Positions 50,036-63,129 are shown, counted from the whole stretch's first letter. The stretch is DNA of 63,276 nt, filler included, from Diploschistes diacapsis (GCA_023645945.1; 5 parts of 5 records of this genome joined end to end with filler, not necessarily neighbours in it), one strand, 5' to 3'. Notes: generated by a model from the sequence alone, not told the origin. Numbers and translations: made by a program.

Positions 50036-50376
50036 GGGGTATGCGAAAGAGGGAGTAATTGTGAATATCCTGGAGAGCGCTGGAAGCAGTATCGAGAACT
50101 TGACGGGAGCGCTATTGCAGGACTTGCAGAGATTTCCTTTGTACACTACAGCACGAGCCACCAAAAACTTCAACGCCTATGCCATATGATTCTGGCTTTC
50201 GCCATATCCGGACGATTCTGGAGGATTCGTACCCAGAACTCACGGGCTCCAAGCGCTGCAAGCTATCCCGACACATCCCACGGTGCCCGTACAGCACAGC
50301 CACGGTCCAACAAATTGTTACTAACAGAGTCCTTCCTATTGTGGACCCCATTTACCATCCACCTTCCATATCCACT

Positions 50377-50616
50377 CTACTTCGCCTTCGCCGTCACCGT
50401 CGCCCTCACCACCTTTCGTGGCGTTGGTATTCTACCGCGCACCCTCTCTCTTTCCCTCTTGCCACTTGCATCTCCACCCTTCTCCTTCTCCTTTTCCTTT
50501 TCCCTCTTCTTCCCAACCTTCCTCGCAACCGGCGTCCCATGAATAACCCCCATTTGCACCCTCCTAACCCTAATGCTCCTCTTCCCCTCCCTCTCCCTGT
50601 CCCTCTCCCCATCATC
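50377..50616 (-). CDS. Possible 3' end of a gene truncated by the contig edge (K/R/E-rich)
   Basis: Open frame from the linker to the stop at 50377 (…RKVGKKREKEKEKEKGG…KAK*); low complexity only. Confidence 0.3.
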   Translation of the reverse strand, partial: DDGERDREREGKRSIRVRRVQMGVIHGTPVARKVGKKREKEKEKEKGGDASGKRERERVRGRIPTPRKVVRATVTAKAK

Positions 50617-50716
50617 NNNNNNNNNNNNNNNNNNNNNNNNNNNNNNNNNNNNNNNNNNNNTTAATTAATTAANNNNNNNNNNNNNNNNNNNNNNNNNNNN
50701 NNNNNNNNNNNNNNNN
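50617..50716. other. Artificial contig linker
   Basis: N44-TTAATTAATTAA-N44. Confidence 0.98.
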
Positions 50717-51148
50717 TGCTAGGAGTGTCTACGTCTACGTAGGAGCACAGCTGAGAGTATGAAAAGTGACTTGGTGGTCGATCGCTTTACATACGGCCTA
50801 GGGGGCAGGGATGGTTAGATGGTCGCTGCTTTCGCGCATGATACCCCATAAGCAATGAATGATAGTTTGGCTTTGAATGATATTCGCCACCACACAACTA
50901 GGAGGCTAGAGGCTGGTCTGGCCAGGAGGCAGCAGCAGCAAAAAGCCCCACCACCATACGGAGCAACAGCCCACACTACTTTCCTCCTCTCTTTGCGAGC
51001 GCGCATCAAAGACGATCCACTCCTACAGTACACGAGACGGCGGAGCTTCGGAAGGAACAAAACACCATGCGAACTTGGGTACTGATACAGATGTAGCAGG
51101 CAGAAAGAACAGACGAGTCTAAAGCTTGCGAAAGGCCCCAATCCCAGA

Positions 51149-54100
51149 TCAAAAGTTAGGAGTTTGCATTCCACCCCCATGCGCCGGAAACCCTCTACCC
51201 GCACTGCCGAAAGGCATCACGGACCCGACAATGGGGCTGCCAATCTCTCCCGGCCCGCCAGCCATACGTGCGTTGCCACCGGGCAAAGTGTCCGGAATCC
51301 ACTTGACGCAAGTACCACGCGAGCGCTCTTCCTGGATTGCCAGGGTACCGCCTCCGTTAAGATGGCTGCCCTCCGTCTCGCAGATGGCCAGAAATTCGGA
51401 AAGCGGAATGGTGCCGTTATCGGGCTGGCGCTGCTCGATATGGTTAAGAACGTCGTGGAGGCTGTGGTAGCCGAAACCGCCAGGAACACCTTCCGTCGTG
51501 CTGTTTGAGAGGGCCTTGCAAGCTTGGCAAATCAGGATGCGGATGGTCATCGGCCGCGGTTGGCGGGCAACATTGACCATGCCCCCAAAGGCATTGCTGT
51601 TCGACCAATGAGTGCTGGGTGCTGAAGGCCATGAAGGGTGCTGGTTTAGGGTTGGGGTGCCAAACCCCATCGAAGGTGGATTCCACCCGCCGCGCGGGAA
51701 AGTTTCGGCTTTCGAAGACCCAAGACCGTCTGGGAACCTTGGATTGACGAATCCCAAACGAGCAGAACGCATGCCGCTGGGGCCAATGCTACCACGGGCT
51801 TCATTCGCGGTTATACCGAGTGCTTGATCCGTGTCGTCTAGAAGAGCGCTACTTCCGAGATGCTTGCTCAGATCTTCCACATCATCTTTGTTATCGTCTT
51901 GCGGTGCGTTCGTGGGGCGGCTGATGGGTGTTGGTCTTGCAATGGGTTGGGTCTGGCCGCTTGAAGACGACTCGTAAGAGGCTGAAGCATGGCGAGAATG
52001 TGACGTAGGCGCTATCTGGCCAGGAGTAGCACCGCTGCCGATCGGCGCCTGTGTAGCTTGCGCGTTGGTCGGAGAGCCCCTGCCTGGTGGCATCTGTCTC
52101 GCTCCGTTGATACCGGGAGGAAAAGCCATAGTGCTCGGCGAATTGAACCCACGATAAGGCGGCGCACTGAACGGCTGTGTGGCGTATATGGAAGCATCAT
52201 GAGGGTTGTGCGGACGAGGCTGCATTCCTGGTAGCGGCATGGGATGAAAATGAGACGGGTAAGCTGCTCCAGACATCCCGGGCGGGTGGGGCATCCCGGG
52301 ATATGGATGTGCGGGTACGCCTGGAGGAGGTAATATCGGAGGAGCTGCTGTTGGCATCGAAGTGGGTGGATGGACAGGTTGGTGGGTTTGCGGTGGTTTG
52401 GTCGACGGCAGATGTGTAGAAGGTGGAGGCTGCTGAACGGACGAGCTACTTGGCGAAGTTGCTGAGCTTCCAGAAGGCGGCTGCGTGGACTTGGGTGAAG
52501 AATGCATAGAACCCTGCTGCGAAGGCTGGCGCGCCCGCATCGGTGTAGGAGCTTTGGGAATGACTGGAGTTGCGATTTGCAAATGAGGCGAGGCGTGTGC
52601 GCTCGAAGCTGGACCTAGTCCCGGGGGAGCCTGAATTGCCGATGTAGTCTTGCGAACTAGTGGCGACACTGCGATAGTAGCGGCTTGCGAGGCGTGCTGT
52701 CTGGCAAGTCCCTCCTTTCTAGCCTTTTCTTTCGTCTCCTTTTCGAAGGCCCCCCGAGCTTCCTTCTCAGCCTTGGCCTTTGCCTCAAGTTCAAGTTGCT
52801 CCGCGACCTCGCGGTCTTTCTTTTCTCTCTCCCTCGCGCGTTCCTCGCGCTCCTTCTTCTTCGCCTCTTCCTTGCGTTTCTTTTCCTTGTCTCTTGCCTC
52901 GCGCTGCTTCCGCTCCTGCTCTGCTTGCTGTTCGCGAATTTCCTGCTGTCGGCGGAGCTTATCCGCCTCCTTACGCATTCGCTCCTCTTCCTGCGCCTTC
53001 CTCTCGGCCTCTCGCTTCTTCCTCTGCTCTTCTTTCCGCTGCCGCTGCTCCTCAAGCTTCTCCTCTTCGGCTGCTTTGGCAGCAGCTTCTGCAGTAGCCT
53101 TCTCAGCCTCGCGCTTCTGCTTCTCCTCCTCCTTTGCCATCTTCTGCTGCTTCTTCCTTTCCTTCTTCTTCTGTGCGTCCTTTGCCTTCTTGGCTTCACG
53201 CTCCGCGTCCAGGCGATCTTCATCCGCTAGCTCTTCCAGTAATTTTTCCTGGCGTTCCCGCGCTACTTTCTCACGATACGCTGTCAGAACCCGCTGCTCA
53301 AACATCCGCGCAGCAAAAATTTGAAACATGCGGCGGCCTTCCTCCATGCGCTGTTCCTCAGACATGCTCTCCTGTAGATCAGTCAGCCCGATCGCAAGAG
53401 CGTCCCAAGAGTTATGCAGACCATTTCGTCATCATCCTCGTACTCTTCCTCGTCGCTGGCATACTCTTCATCGTCCTCCTCGTCATACTCCTCCTCCTCC
53501 ATTGGGGGATGGTTGTGACCGTTGTAAGAAGCCGGATGCCTCAGGCCTGCAGCGGCGTATTGAGCTTCTTCCTCTCGTTGCATTCGGCGCTCAGCAAGCT
53601 GTTCCATCATCTCGATGAATTTCTTGCCATCATTCTTTAGGAGGTCATCTGCGACCGTGAGAATCCCACCTGCGAAGATTAGCCGCATAGCCACGCGTCC
53701 TGTTTGATTGGACTCACCTTGCACAGTGAGACTCTTCCCGAAATTAAAGAAATCAGCAGCGGGGCCCTGTGCAACTTCGGGCGGGTAATAGTCCTCTTCC
53801 GACTCCTCCAGCATATCCTCCTCATCTTCGCTGTACCCTTCGTCCTCGAGATCATCGTCATCCTCCTCGAACGAGCCAGCCATTGGGTGGGATTGTGGAG
53901 GTTGGGAGTTCATGATTCGCGGGTCTTGGCGCGGCGGAGCCTTTGTCATTGTCGAATACGAGGTCGGCGGTGGCATTATGGGGTGTCCGCTATCAACGCC
54001 GATTTGCCGGTGGTTCGCGTACTGTTCAAGCTCCTCGTAATAGGCGTCGTAGAGAACTTCGAGCTCTTCCTCGATCGCCGTACGCTTCCGTCCGCAGACG

Positions 54101-54848
54101 CTGCAGCTGCAAGAGTGCTTCTGCTGCTCCTTCATCTTCTTAAGGACGGCTTCCTTCTCTACTTTGACAAGAGATCTTCTCTCGGGCTCGGCTAGAGAAA
54201 TCCAGAATTCTTTGATTCTCTCCCTCTCCTCCGCAGTGGAGGTATTCCAAATGCGGTCCTTTGAAGGATTATGAGACATTCGGGTCATGGATGTGGCTGG
54301 CGGAGGAGGTGGAGGGGGTGGTGGAGGTTGCTCGAATTGGCCAGGCACATGGTAGGCAGAATGATAGACCTGAGATTCTAAACGGCTTTTCCCCTTTTTC
54401 TTCTTTCTTGATCTTCCATTTGGAAGAGTATGAGGTGGGCTTTCTAGCCTAGTGAAGTCAATCAGACAAGCTTCGAGCTTTGAGACATGTGTACTAACAG
54501 TGATTCCTCATCTTCCGAGTAAAATAGTTCATCCCCATCTCGAGCTTCGCCCAGGCCATTTGGCTCAAATTGATCGTAGCGGACATTATGGGACGCGCCA
54601 TGGGAGAAGTGGCCGTTGTTCACTCCACGGGGGATGGGTAGATGACCGTTCTGTGCTTGGCGTGAAAGGGTCGTTGGGCCAGTAGAGGCCTGCTCGGCGG
54701 CAAGCTTAGCAGCCTGCTTCTGCCTTCTCTTCTGCTTCTTCCGGTTTACTGCAGGCTGTTCAACGTCGTTCGCAGTAGCTGCAGAAGGTACCGTAGCGGT
54801 AGCCGCAGCTGGCTTTTGGGCCATGGACGGTGGCTTGTTGGGTGCCAT
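51149..54848 (-). CDS. NST1: Stress response protein Nst1
   Basis: [97 protein letters not shown], then coiled coil. Introns 54498-54449, 53717-53670, 53421-53372. Confidence 0.93.
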
Positions 54849-55814
54849 CTTTGAAAGATCGATCGTGAGGGGTCGGCTGTAGAGTTGTGACGAAGCTGAT
54901 AGGAAAAACTAGAGCGGACAGGTGGTGGACATAGACATTTACGTTGAGGTTGTTTAGGGTACTTCAACCGACAAAGCCCGCCCCCTCGATATCCCCGCGC
55001 AGAGTTTATGAGATTTCCCCAGTAGAGGTCGCGCCTGACACAGCTAGACAGCAGACAAATGGGTAAACCGCTTTCCGGTGCAAATCAGAGATCACAAAGA
55101 ATGATGAGCTTGAGGTAGCGTGCTGTCGTACTTACATCAGGGAGTGTAGATTAAAGAGATCTAACTAATGCCGAGTGGACGTCTGTTCTGGTGGTGCTGC
55201 AGGCCCCACTGTGATTTGCTGCCCAGTGGGTATGTCTCTTACATAAGCGGTATCAAGAATTCCCCTCGGAACCCACGCCAAACCCGTTCACCTTGATCCT
55301 GAACTGAGCTTTTTCATTCTTAATCAACTCGAAGGTGGTGGTGTTCCCATATCACGGGTGACTTCCAGGAAGAACTTTTGCTAATCAAAATCCGAGGTCT
55401 CTGTCTCTCTTGTCTTCAACCACCCACGTGCATAGTAGGCCGAGGCCATTTCCTTACCCAGCGCATAATATTTCCAATCTTCCGCCGGACGTGACAGTGG
55501 CTCAGCCCTCGTGTTGCGCTCTGGAAAGGGGGGTGGAAATACTGGAAGCAAGTGGAACCACCGTGCATCAGGACGACTTCGAATCCAAAAACCATTGACG
55601 AATTCTTTTGCTCATTGACTGTTTTTCCGACCGTTTCATCCCTCTGGCAGTAACCTCTCTGACCTTGACTTTTGTGCGCTGTTTTCCCCGGTGTATAGCC
55701 GTCTGTATTATACAGCGGACCGCGATCCTACCAACAATAACTTTAGCCTCGCGTGACGTTGGAAAAAGTTTGTGGACAAGATTGAGGAGAAGTTGACGGG
55801 TTTCTTTTTCGGCA

Positions 55815-56705
55815 ATGGCAGAGCAACAAAGTGGAAATGTCATCAAAAGGTGAGCAATACAACCGAGGATGGGAATAGGGGAAGCGGCCTTTACCACAGC
55901 ATCTTCTAATGCCGAGCGCTTTGGACCTTTGATGCTTGAACGGATGCTAATACCAACTTTCCAGAAAGCTGGTCATCATCGGTGACGGCGCGTGCGGAAA
56001 GACCAGTCTACTCAGCGTCTTCACCTTAGGATATTTTCCAAAGGTAGATATATCTCCCTCGTCCGTCGAATTTTTGTGCAATCCACTAATTTCCAGCAGA
56101 CTTACGTGAGTTGGCCCACGGCCTCGCTTCGTATTCAACGTCTGATGGATCCCCTGCATCTAGGTGCCAACGGTCTTCGAAAACTACGTCACAGATTGCC
56201 GGGTAGATGGCAAATCGGTACAGCTCGCATTGTGGGACACAGCGGGTCAGGAGGATTACGAAAGATTACGGCCACTCGCATACTCGAAAGCGCACGTGAT
56301 TCTAATAGGCTTCTCCGTTGACATGCCGGACTCCCTAGATAACGTGAAACACAAGGTAGGGAACCATGCAAAAGAGCGATGAGCAGGACACAAGGAACTT
56401 ACCATCGATACTAGTGGGTCGAAGAAGCACAGGAGCGATGCCCCGGCGTACCGATACTGCTGGTCGGCCTGAAGAAAGATCTGCGCGACGATCCGCTGGC
56501 GCAGGAAGAGATGAGGAAGAAGTCGCTACCCTTCACCACGTCCAAGGACGGCAACGACGCGGCGCACGAGATCGGGGCGCGCAAGTACCTCGAGTGCTCG
56601 TCTCTGACGGGCGAGGGCGTGGACGACGTTTTCGAGGCGGCGACGAGAGCGGCGATGCTGAGGTTGGAGAATGGCGAGGGAGGGGGTTGCTGTGTCATCT
56701 TATGA
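55815..56705 (+). CDS. RHO2: Rho2-type small GTPase
   Basis: Exons 55815-55849, 55965-56043, 56100-56105, 56164-56355, 56415-56705 give [52 protein letters not shown] and C-terminal CCVIL (CAAX). Confidence 0.95.
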
Positions 56706-58665
56706 TCAATATCATATTACTTGTACGCGACGAATTGGCATGGCTATATTTTGAAAGAGGTGCGAAACGGAGGATGCGAAACGGCATATTCTGCGGAGTT
56801 GGCGCGGGTTGGCAGGCGTTTGCAGCGATTTTGAACCTACTTAATATCAATCTTCGGATTTGCTCTCATCCGCGACTCTGTTCCGCGCGCGCGCGTTGTT
56901 ACTTACTTTGCGACAAGCTGTCTATGTTCCGGAACGGTTGTGCTGTGCCGGCAGAGCGAGATCAAGATTCACCAGAAGTCAACAGTGAGTTCCAATCATA
57001 CATATATATATCCACAAGGCCGGTAATGTTCCGATGTGGTGCGGCAGAAGAGCGAAAACCCTAAGCTCACCAGGATCAGCAGCGAAGCTTCAGCAAGTGT
57101 CTTTCCAAGAAGTTATTGATGTTTCTGAACCATGTCCATCGAGGTCACCCGTAGAGAGAGGAATGAGGGCTCGTTGCTCCACGGAAAGAAAAAAATTGGA
57201 GAAGGGTTCGGCGGAGGCGACGCTATTTTCACGTGAATGCCTGGGCACGTGGACTTTCATATTGGGCAGCGTCCGCTAAGGGAGCGATGATGGGCATCAG
57301 TCACGTAACTTGCATGATCTGTGGGCTGAGTTGGGCCAAGGACGTTTGTGGTTGGGCTATGGTATGAGTCAGCAATATCCACGTTGGAATATGGGCATCT
57401 GCATGGTGTTGGGGTGTCGTCTGGCTTGGAGGAAGATCGAGGACGTCGATGTTTCTTAAGAATTTGAGAGTTAGATTCACAGGAGCGCGCATACTGTGGC
57501 GCGTAGAGGCTCATGGAAGTTTTACTGGGTGTAGGCTTGTGGCATTGTAAATTCAATGTCTTGCGGATATGGAACCTTTGGGACGAAGTCGGGTCGGTTG
57601 CGCCCATATCAAACCAGCCGAAGAGAGCTTATCTCTTGAGGAAATGGGTCTGAAAGCGAAGCGAGGTGGCTGTCACGAACAAGCTTGATAACGCCCTATA
57701 GACAACCCCGGTTTTGATCGCTTGACTCGACAGGCAGGAACACAGCACCCTCAGATCTCTCCAAATCCTGTCGAGAAAAGTGACTGGATTGACCATCTCA
57801 AAAAGGTGCTTCAAGCCACAGTAAGACTTGGCCCTTGCTATCTGAAAGCACCAGACGTCCTCTTAAAGGAGTGAAAACAAATAATCCCTCATATTCTGTT
57901 GGTAACCGAAATACTTGCACACGGCCAGGCCTTCAAGTCTGGAAGGAGGCCCGAGCACATAGTTGAGATTTGAGGCTCCCACCCAACAGAAATGTAAGGA
58001 CATCTAGGTAAAACATTGGCCACTCCATCACCATATCGTTGAAGGCGACTGGACGTACTCAATAGCAGAATATCGTGAGATACTTTTCGTGACTTGACTG
58101 ATGCTTGTGGGTGATCGAACATCTCTATTTTCGGAAGTCTTCTTTCATCTAGAAGACTGTGGTGTCAAGCAACTCCAACGCAGTCGCTCAATCCAGAGCA
58201 TTCGAACAACTCGAGGTGCATTTTCTACTAACGGTTAGAGCTTACAATGTTCAACATTCGTTTCGAGTCGCGGGATGGTCTGCGGCCCGACGTGTCAAGG
58301 ATATTAGACGGTACAGCAAAGGCCATGGAATTCGGGCGTATCCGTATATTCAACACACACACCGACTCTTCCATGTAACGTAAATCTGCCAGATCGAAGC
58401 GTGCTCTGCCAGATGATTTTCTGCGCGCAGAGTCTGTCGTGGAAGGATGGAAAGTCCTGCTTCATCTTCATCCTTCGAAACGGGTTGGTTAGCATTCAAA
58501 ATGCCTTGTGTACCAGGGTCATCCTATACGCACATGTATTAAATGCTCGGGTTCGAGGCATTGCGCTGCGATGAACATCTTCTTCGTACCAGGAGTTCAA
58601 CCGATTTCACAAGGGCCGAAGGTGCTAGTAGCGGAATACGGGGATCGGGGGATGTTGACGATCAT

Positions 58666-58693
58666 ATCATCATCATCATCATCATCATCATCA
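58666..58693. repeat. (ATC)9 microsatellite
   Basis: Read directly from the sequence. Confidence 0.9.
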
Positions 58694-59863
58694 ATATGGC
58701 AGCGATGATGATTATATAAGCTGAGCCGGTTAACTCCGGAGCAAGTAAGTGAGCACGTGCTTCTTGAAATCTATTTTGATAGCAGGAAACGTTGCCGGTT
58801 GGTCTTTAGATTCTTTACAGACCACAAAGCATCATCAAGACAACCAAACCATGTTTGCATGAACGCTGTTTTCTGAGACGGAACAGGCTGTAACAAACCT
58901 GTCGTGCAAGCTGCGAGAGTCCGGACAACTTAAATCTCCCAAGTTAAAGTCGAATGTGACTTTGCGAGTTTATGGGGTCTCAAGTGCAACGCATAGGAGT
59001 ATATACCCGAAGAGGTGACTCGGATGTCGGATGTATTGCGTTACACTGTATGTATTGGATTACATTGTATTACATTTGTATTATATTATTGTTGGGGCAC
59101 CTTTTTGTTACCGCCCGTCTCAAACACACACAAAGATCCTGAAACACCCATTGCTATTATTCTGCCCATTTTCTGCCCATTTTCTTCTGCATGTATGCAC
59201 TATCTACCATAGCGATTATTAGCCTTTGACTTGCATTCCATAACTTCATCTTCGAAAACTCGAGCCATCTTTTTTAGTGACTTGGAAGCTCTATACTTGG
59301 TTAGTGTTCAGCCATTAGCCATGAGGACCGCTGTTGGACTGGCAAACTAAGCCGCAAGCCAGCGAATGGAGTTGCAGAGTCTCTCTTTCTCATCCAACCT
59401 CAACCATCGCAATACTTTGAGTTCAAGTTCTGTATCGATTACCAGGGTTTTTGAATCTATGCTGCTTTTCGCCTAGTACCCATGATCCCGGTTCGCGATG
59501 TTTCTGTTGACGTTTTTCGTCTTTCACCTCCTTCACTGGCACAACTGCTGCTTCCTAACAACCCGCACCAATCATGCCAAGAATCTGTTTACTTCCATCT
59601 ACCATCGTTTACTTTCAAACTTGTCGCTGGCAATCATGCCCATCCCATCAAGCTGGGAGTTGAATCCTCAGATGGCTCTGTATTTTCGGGTTCTTGGGCC
59701 CTTGGGTCCGTGCCTTTACTGCTCCACAAGCTCTCTTGCTTCATATATCCTCCCTCCCCTCCCGGCCCCCAGTGTCTTATTCTCCAGCCCTGGTTTGATG
59801 CCTTCGTGACTACGCTACAGCTTCCTTTTGTGCTTGTCTTCTTCAGGGTCCAGTGTTGCAATC

Positions 59864-62104
59864 ATGATTTCCATGCCCATCATCATCGTCATTGTCATCC
59901 TCGCTACGGCACTACTCACCACCTCAGCTCTTCTGGTATGGAAACTCCGGCCCGGTCGAGCTTCTGAATACGGGAAACCCAACAATGCCGGCGGCGAGGC
60001 CATGTCTCCGGTCAGGAAGCTTACCCTCATGCGTGGAAAGGTGGTCTCGAGTCCTTCGTCACCCAGACGATCTTTCTTCCGGGGCTGGCCTACTTCTCTT
60101 TATGTCTCTCCTACTGGCAGTCAATCTTCATTTCCGAACTTGCTTGTCGATCAAGTGCTCAAGAGCCCCGTCGTCAGCACAACACCAAGAGATCTGGAGG
60201 CCCAGACCTTCGCACCTGGAAAGAGGACTTTGACCCCGATAGACGAGCGCGGCATCACTGTCACAACGGAGCCGATCGAGAAAATAGGCAAAGACGGGAG
60301 ACAAGCTTCTGGAAAGCAATCAACATTAGCGGGACCCAAGAGACAAGCAAGTAGGAACACTCAAGAAGGGTCTCAAAAACATGTGAGGGATGAAGGCTAC
60401 AGTGGCGCCAAGGAGCTTCCGAAGGGCCCAGAAGCCAGCACACCAAGTTCACGAAAATCAGAAATCGATCCGGTAGTCGTCGAAGCAGCTTCCGTCAGTG
60501 CTAAGCCTGCTTCTGCGTACAGCTCGAAACCTACGCCAAGCTCGTCCGTCAAATCTCATATCCACGAGTCCCCTTCAACAAACGAATTGCTTCCTAACGC
60601 AGACTGTCATATTCCTCCGGCTCCGCCAAGTCCAGAGGTATCAGAACCAAGTGAAACTATTTCTGATTCTCATGATTCGAAGACGCCATCCACAGTTCAA
60701 GAAGCAGGAGCTTGGAACGAACCCAAGGTCGACTCCCCTACGTCACCCATCCCTCTGTCTCAATACTCTACGTTTCGAGGAACCTTCCGAGAACGCCAGC
60801 CACGGTCAAGCTCAAGAGTTCGCTCTCGTTCTCGCTCTACATCGTGCTCTACCCTACATCGCTCACGCTCGCGCTCGCGCTCCCACAGGGTGAAGAAGTC
60901 GCGCCCTCCTCCGATAGCCGTCCTGCCTCATAAGAGAGAAACATTGCCGACGGTCCTCAAAACTGCCCCATCAAATGAAAAGCTCACGGGCACAGAGCCC
61001 AGATCCCCTGCGACCTCCATATACTCACCCGGCCTGGATTCCATAGCACTGTCCTCACAAAGTGCCTCCGGCGAGCGACTACCATCACCACCGCCCTTCC
61101 TCTCGGCGACCATCACCAACATGATGTCAACGCCCATCATGCCCATGACAGTCCCCAAAAGCCGACAGTCGATGACCACCATATCGAGCGGTGATCTTTC
61201 GCGGGTAGCCAGCAAAAAGCGACGTTCGGTGACCACGATAGCGAGCAACGATCTTTCACCCACGTTCTCGCTTGCAAGCGTGCGACGGGTGCCTCTATAC
61301 CCTGCCGGGGAAGGATTGCAACTACAGGAGAGGAAGTCGAGCCATGTCAAACAGCGAGCGGGTGAACAGAAGAAGCAGCTGGCGAGGAAACCTATGAGCG
61401 TCCTACAAACTGCTAGCAGCGCCCCTCCGCCCGCTCAATGGCCACCGAGAATCCTCGGGCGACAGTCAATCCAATCTCAGGACTACAGTTTGATTATGGG
61501 CCTGCCAGGATCTGAACCTGCGGACCTCGTCAGAGACTCTCTGATCTCCCAGAAGCCCTTTGAGAAACCTCCAACTCCTCTGCAATCACCCTATAGCGCT
61601 CCCCCACCTCCCAAAACCGCATACGCAGGGCCAAGCTTGGGGCCAAGGGACAAGCTCATTTCTATCCCGACCGGTCGTCGCCGCAGCAGCCGTTACTCGC
61701 ATCTCTTCGAGAAAGCGCTTCCGACCCCTCCGACGCAGTTCCTTTCCATCCTTGGCGGCATAGACGAACACGCCAATCCCTTGCCGCAGCCGACGTCGGA
61801 GCGTCCGCACACGTCTCCGGAGCAAGCCGCAAGCCGGCCAGTCGTCGGAGCCAGACGCATGGCGTCCGTACATGCTACCTTGCCATCCCTTCGCGACAGT
61901 CGGCTGTGGAGCGCACCCAGCATTCAAGAAATAAGCCCAATGCCTACGCCCGATAGGAGAAAAATCGGGCTGAGGCCGAAGAAGAGCGGCGGCGCAACGG
62001 TGGAGGAGAGGCCGATGAGCGAGGTCAGTCCGCTTTCGGAACGCTTCTCTACCGAAGCCATGCGGGCCGGGGGCAGGAGGCGGTCGGATGAAACTTTGGC
62101 TTAG
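59864..62104 (+). CDS. Hypothetical Ser/Pro/Arg-rich protein with N-terminal transmembrane segment
   Basis: Long uninterrupted ORF; MISMPIIIVIVILATALLTTSALLVWKLR followed by a disordered S/P-rich region with RSRSRS runs. Confidence 0.7.
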   Translation: MISMPIIIVIVILATALLTTSALLVWKLRPGRASEYGKPNNAGGEAMSPVRKLTLMRGKVVSSPSSPRRSFFRGWPTSLYVSPTGSQSSFPNLLVDQVLKSPVVSTTPRDLEAQTFAPGKRTLTPIDERGITVTTEPIEKIGKDGRQASGKQSTLAGPKRQASRNTQEGSQKHVRDEGYSGAKELPKGPEASTPSSRKSEIDPVVVEAASVSAKPASAYSSKPTPSSSVKSHIHESPSTNELLPNADCHIPPAPPSPEVSEPSETISDSHDSKTPSTVQEAGAWNEPKVDSPTSPIPLSQYSTFRGTFRERQPRSSSRVRSRSRSTSCSTLHRSRSRSRSHRVKKSRPPPIAVLPHKRETLPTVLKTAPSNEKLTGTEPRSPATSIYSPGLDSIALSSQSASGERLPSPPPFLSATITNMMSTPIMPMTVPKSRQSMTTISSGDLSRVASKKRRSVTTIASNDLSPTFSLASVRRVPLYPAGEGLQLQERKSSHVKQRAGEQKKQLARKPMSVLQTASSAPPPAQWPPRILGRQSIQSQDYSLIMGLPGSEPADLVRDSLISQKPFEKPPTPLQSPYSAPPPPKTAYAGPSLGPRDKLISIPTGRRRSSRYSHLFEKALPTPPTQFLSILGGIDEHANPLPQPTSERPHTSPEQAASRPVVGARRMASVHATLPSLRDSRLWSAPSIQEISPMPTPDRRKIGLRPKKSGGATVEERPMSEVSPLSERFSTEAMRAGGRRRSDETLA

Positions 62105-63129
62105 GCTTCGAGATGGCAGTATGGCGTCCGGGGCATGCAATTTTTATGACCACAAGAATGTGGTGAAAGTTCAATTGGCATGCTCGTCCAGATGATCACG
62201 ATATCCATGACAACGTCACCAACCGCAAAGCTTTGGAGTTCTGTTGCATCGGGGAGCGGGCATTGTGGCTACTGCATTTCGGTACTGGCGTTTTTTTTGA
62301 TAGCCGGAGCGGCAACCAAGCAAGCATCAGAGAATACCCATCACAGCATTCCTTCACTATAGTCGCGGTTCGTTCCGTTAGATGGATCAAGAAGACCGTT
62401 TTACCATTCCTTTAAGTTCTAAAATGCACCCGATCCAAAGCATGACTGCGCTTTGGAAAGGGGTTTCATTTTTCGTTACCTCTATGAGCCTGCCATTCGA
62501 GTCGCGTCGAAGCGCCGGGCGTCGAACGCGCATGAGGATGAGACGCGCACGGTCCACGGTGCAATCGGTGGAGGAGTGAGAAAGCTTCGTACCCTCCCTC
62601 CTTCGTAACCATTTTTCATCATTGTCATGCCCCTTTTTTTAATACGCGCTAACCATTCCCATCCTCCTCTTTTCCACCATCCTCAGGCAGCCAGACAGCC
62701 TCGAAAAGCACGAGCCGTCCTTCCATCTTGAAACTGGACTGCAGATTCCAAAACCGATGCCCCTCCGGAACAAACGAGAAACACGAAATAGATGTATATA
62801 AGAATATAAACAATTCGAGAAATCTAGAGTTCAGGAAGAAAAGGCTAGAACGGAACACCAAGCCTCGAACTGAACTTGCAGTACAGATAAGAGCACAGCG
62901 TCTCAGCGGTACGCGCGTGCCAGCTAGGCTGCATGGCTTTGTCCAGTTTCCTAATCTGCTTTCTGCCTGGGGTATTTGAGTTTGGCATGGACATATACGG
63001 CTGTCTGTTCCAAAAGCAATGAAAGTCGGGCAGCCCGAGTCGGATGTCGGATGTCCGGCGTGTGTAGTTCCCAGTGTTTTACAGCGAGTAGTAGGTAGAT
63101 AGCTTTTGAGCTTGCCGGTATCGATCCCA

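Noticed and set aside
58540..58563. GGTTCGA T-loop-like motif in a short hairpin
   Set aside because: No cloverleaf or A-box. No tRNA, rRNA, snRNA or CRISPR array was recognised anywhere in the window.
57257..58710. Possible decayed minus-strand gene including a poly-Asp run from the (ATC)n repeat
   Set aside because: Multiple stops in every frame and no recognisable family motif.
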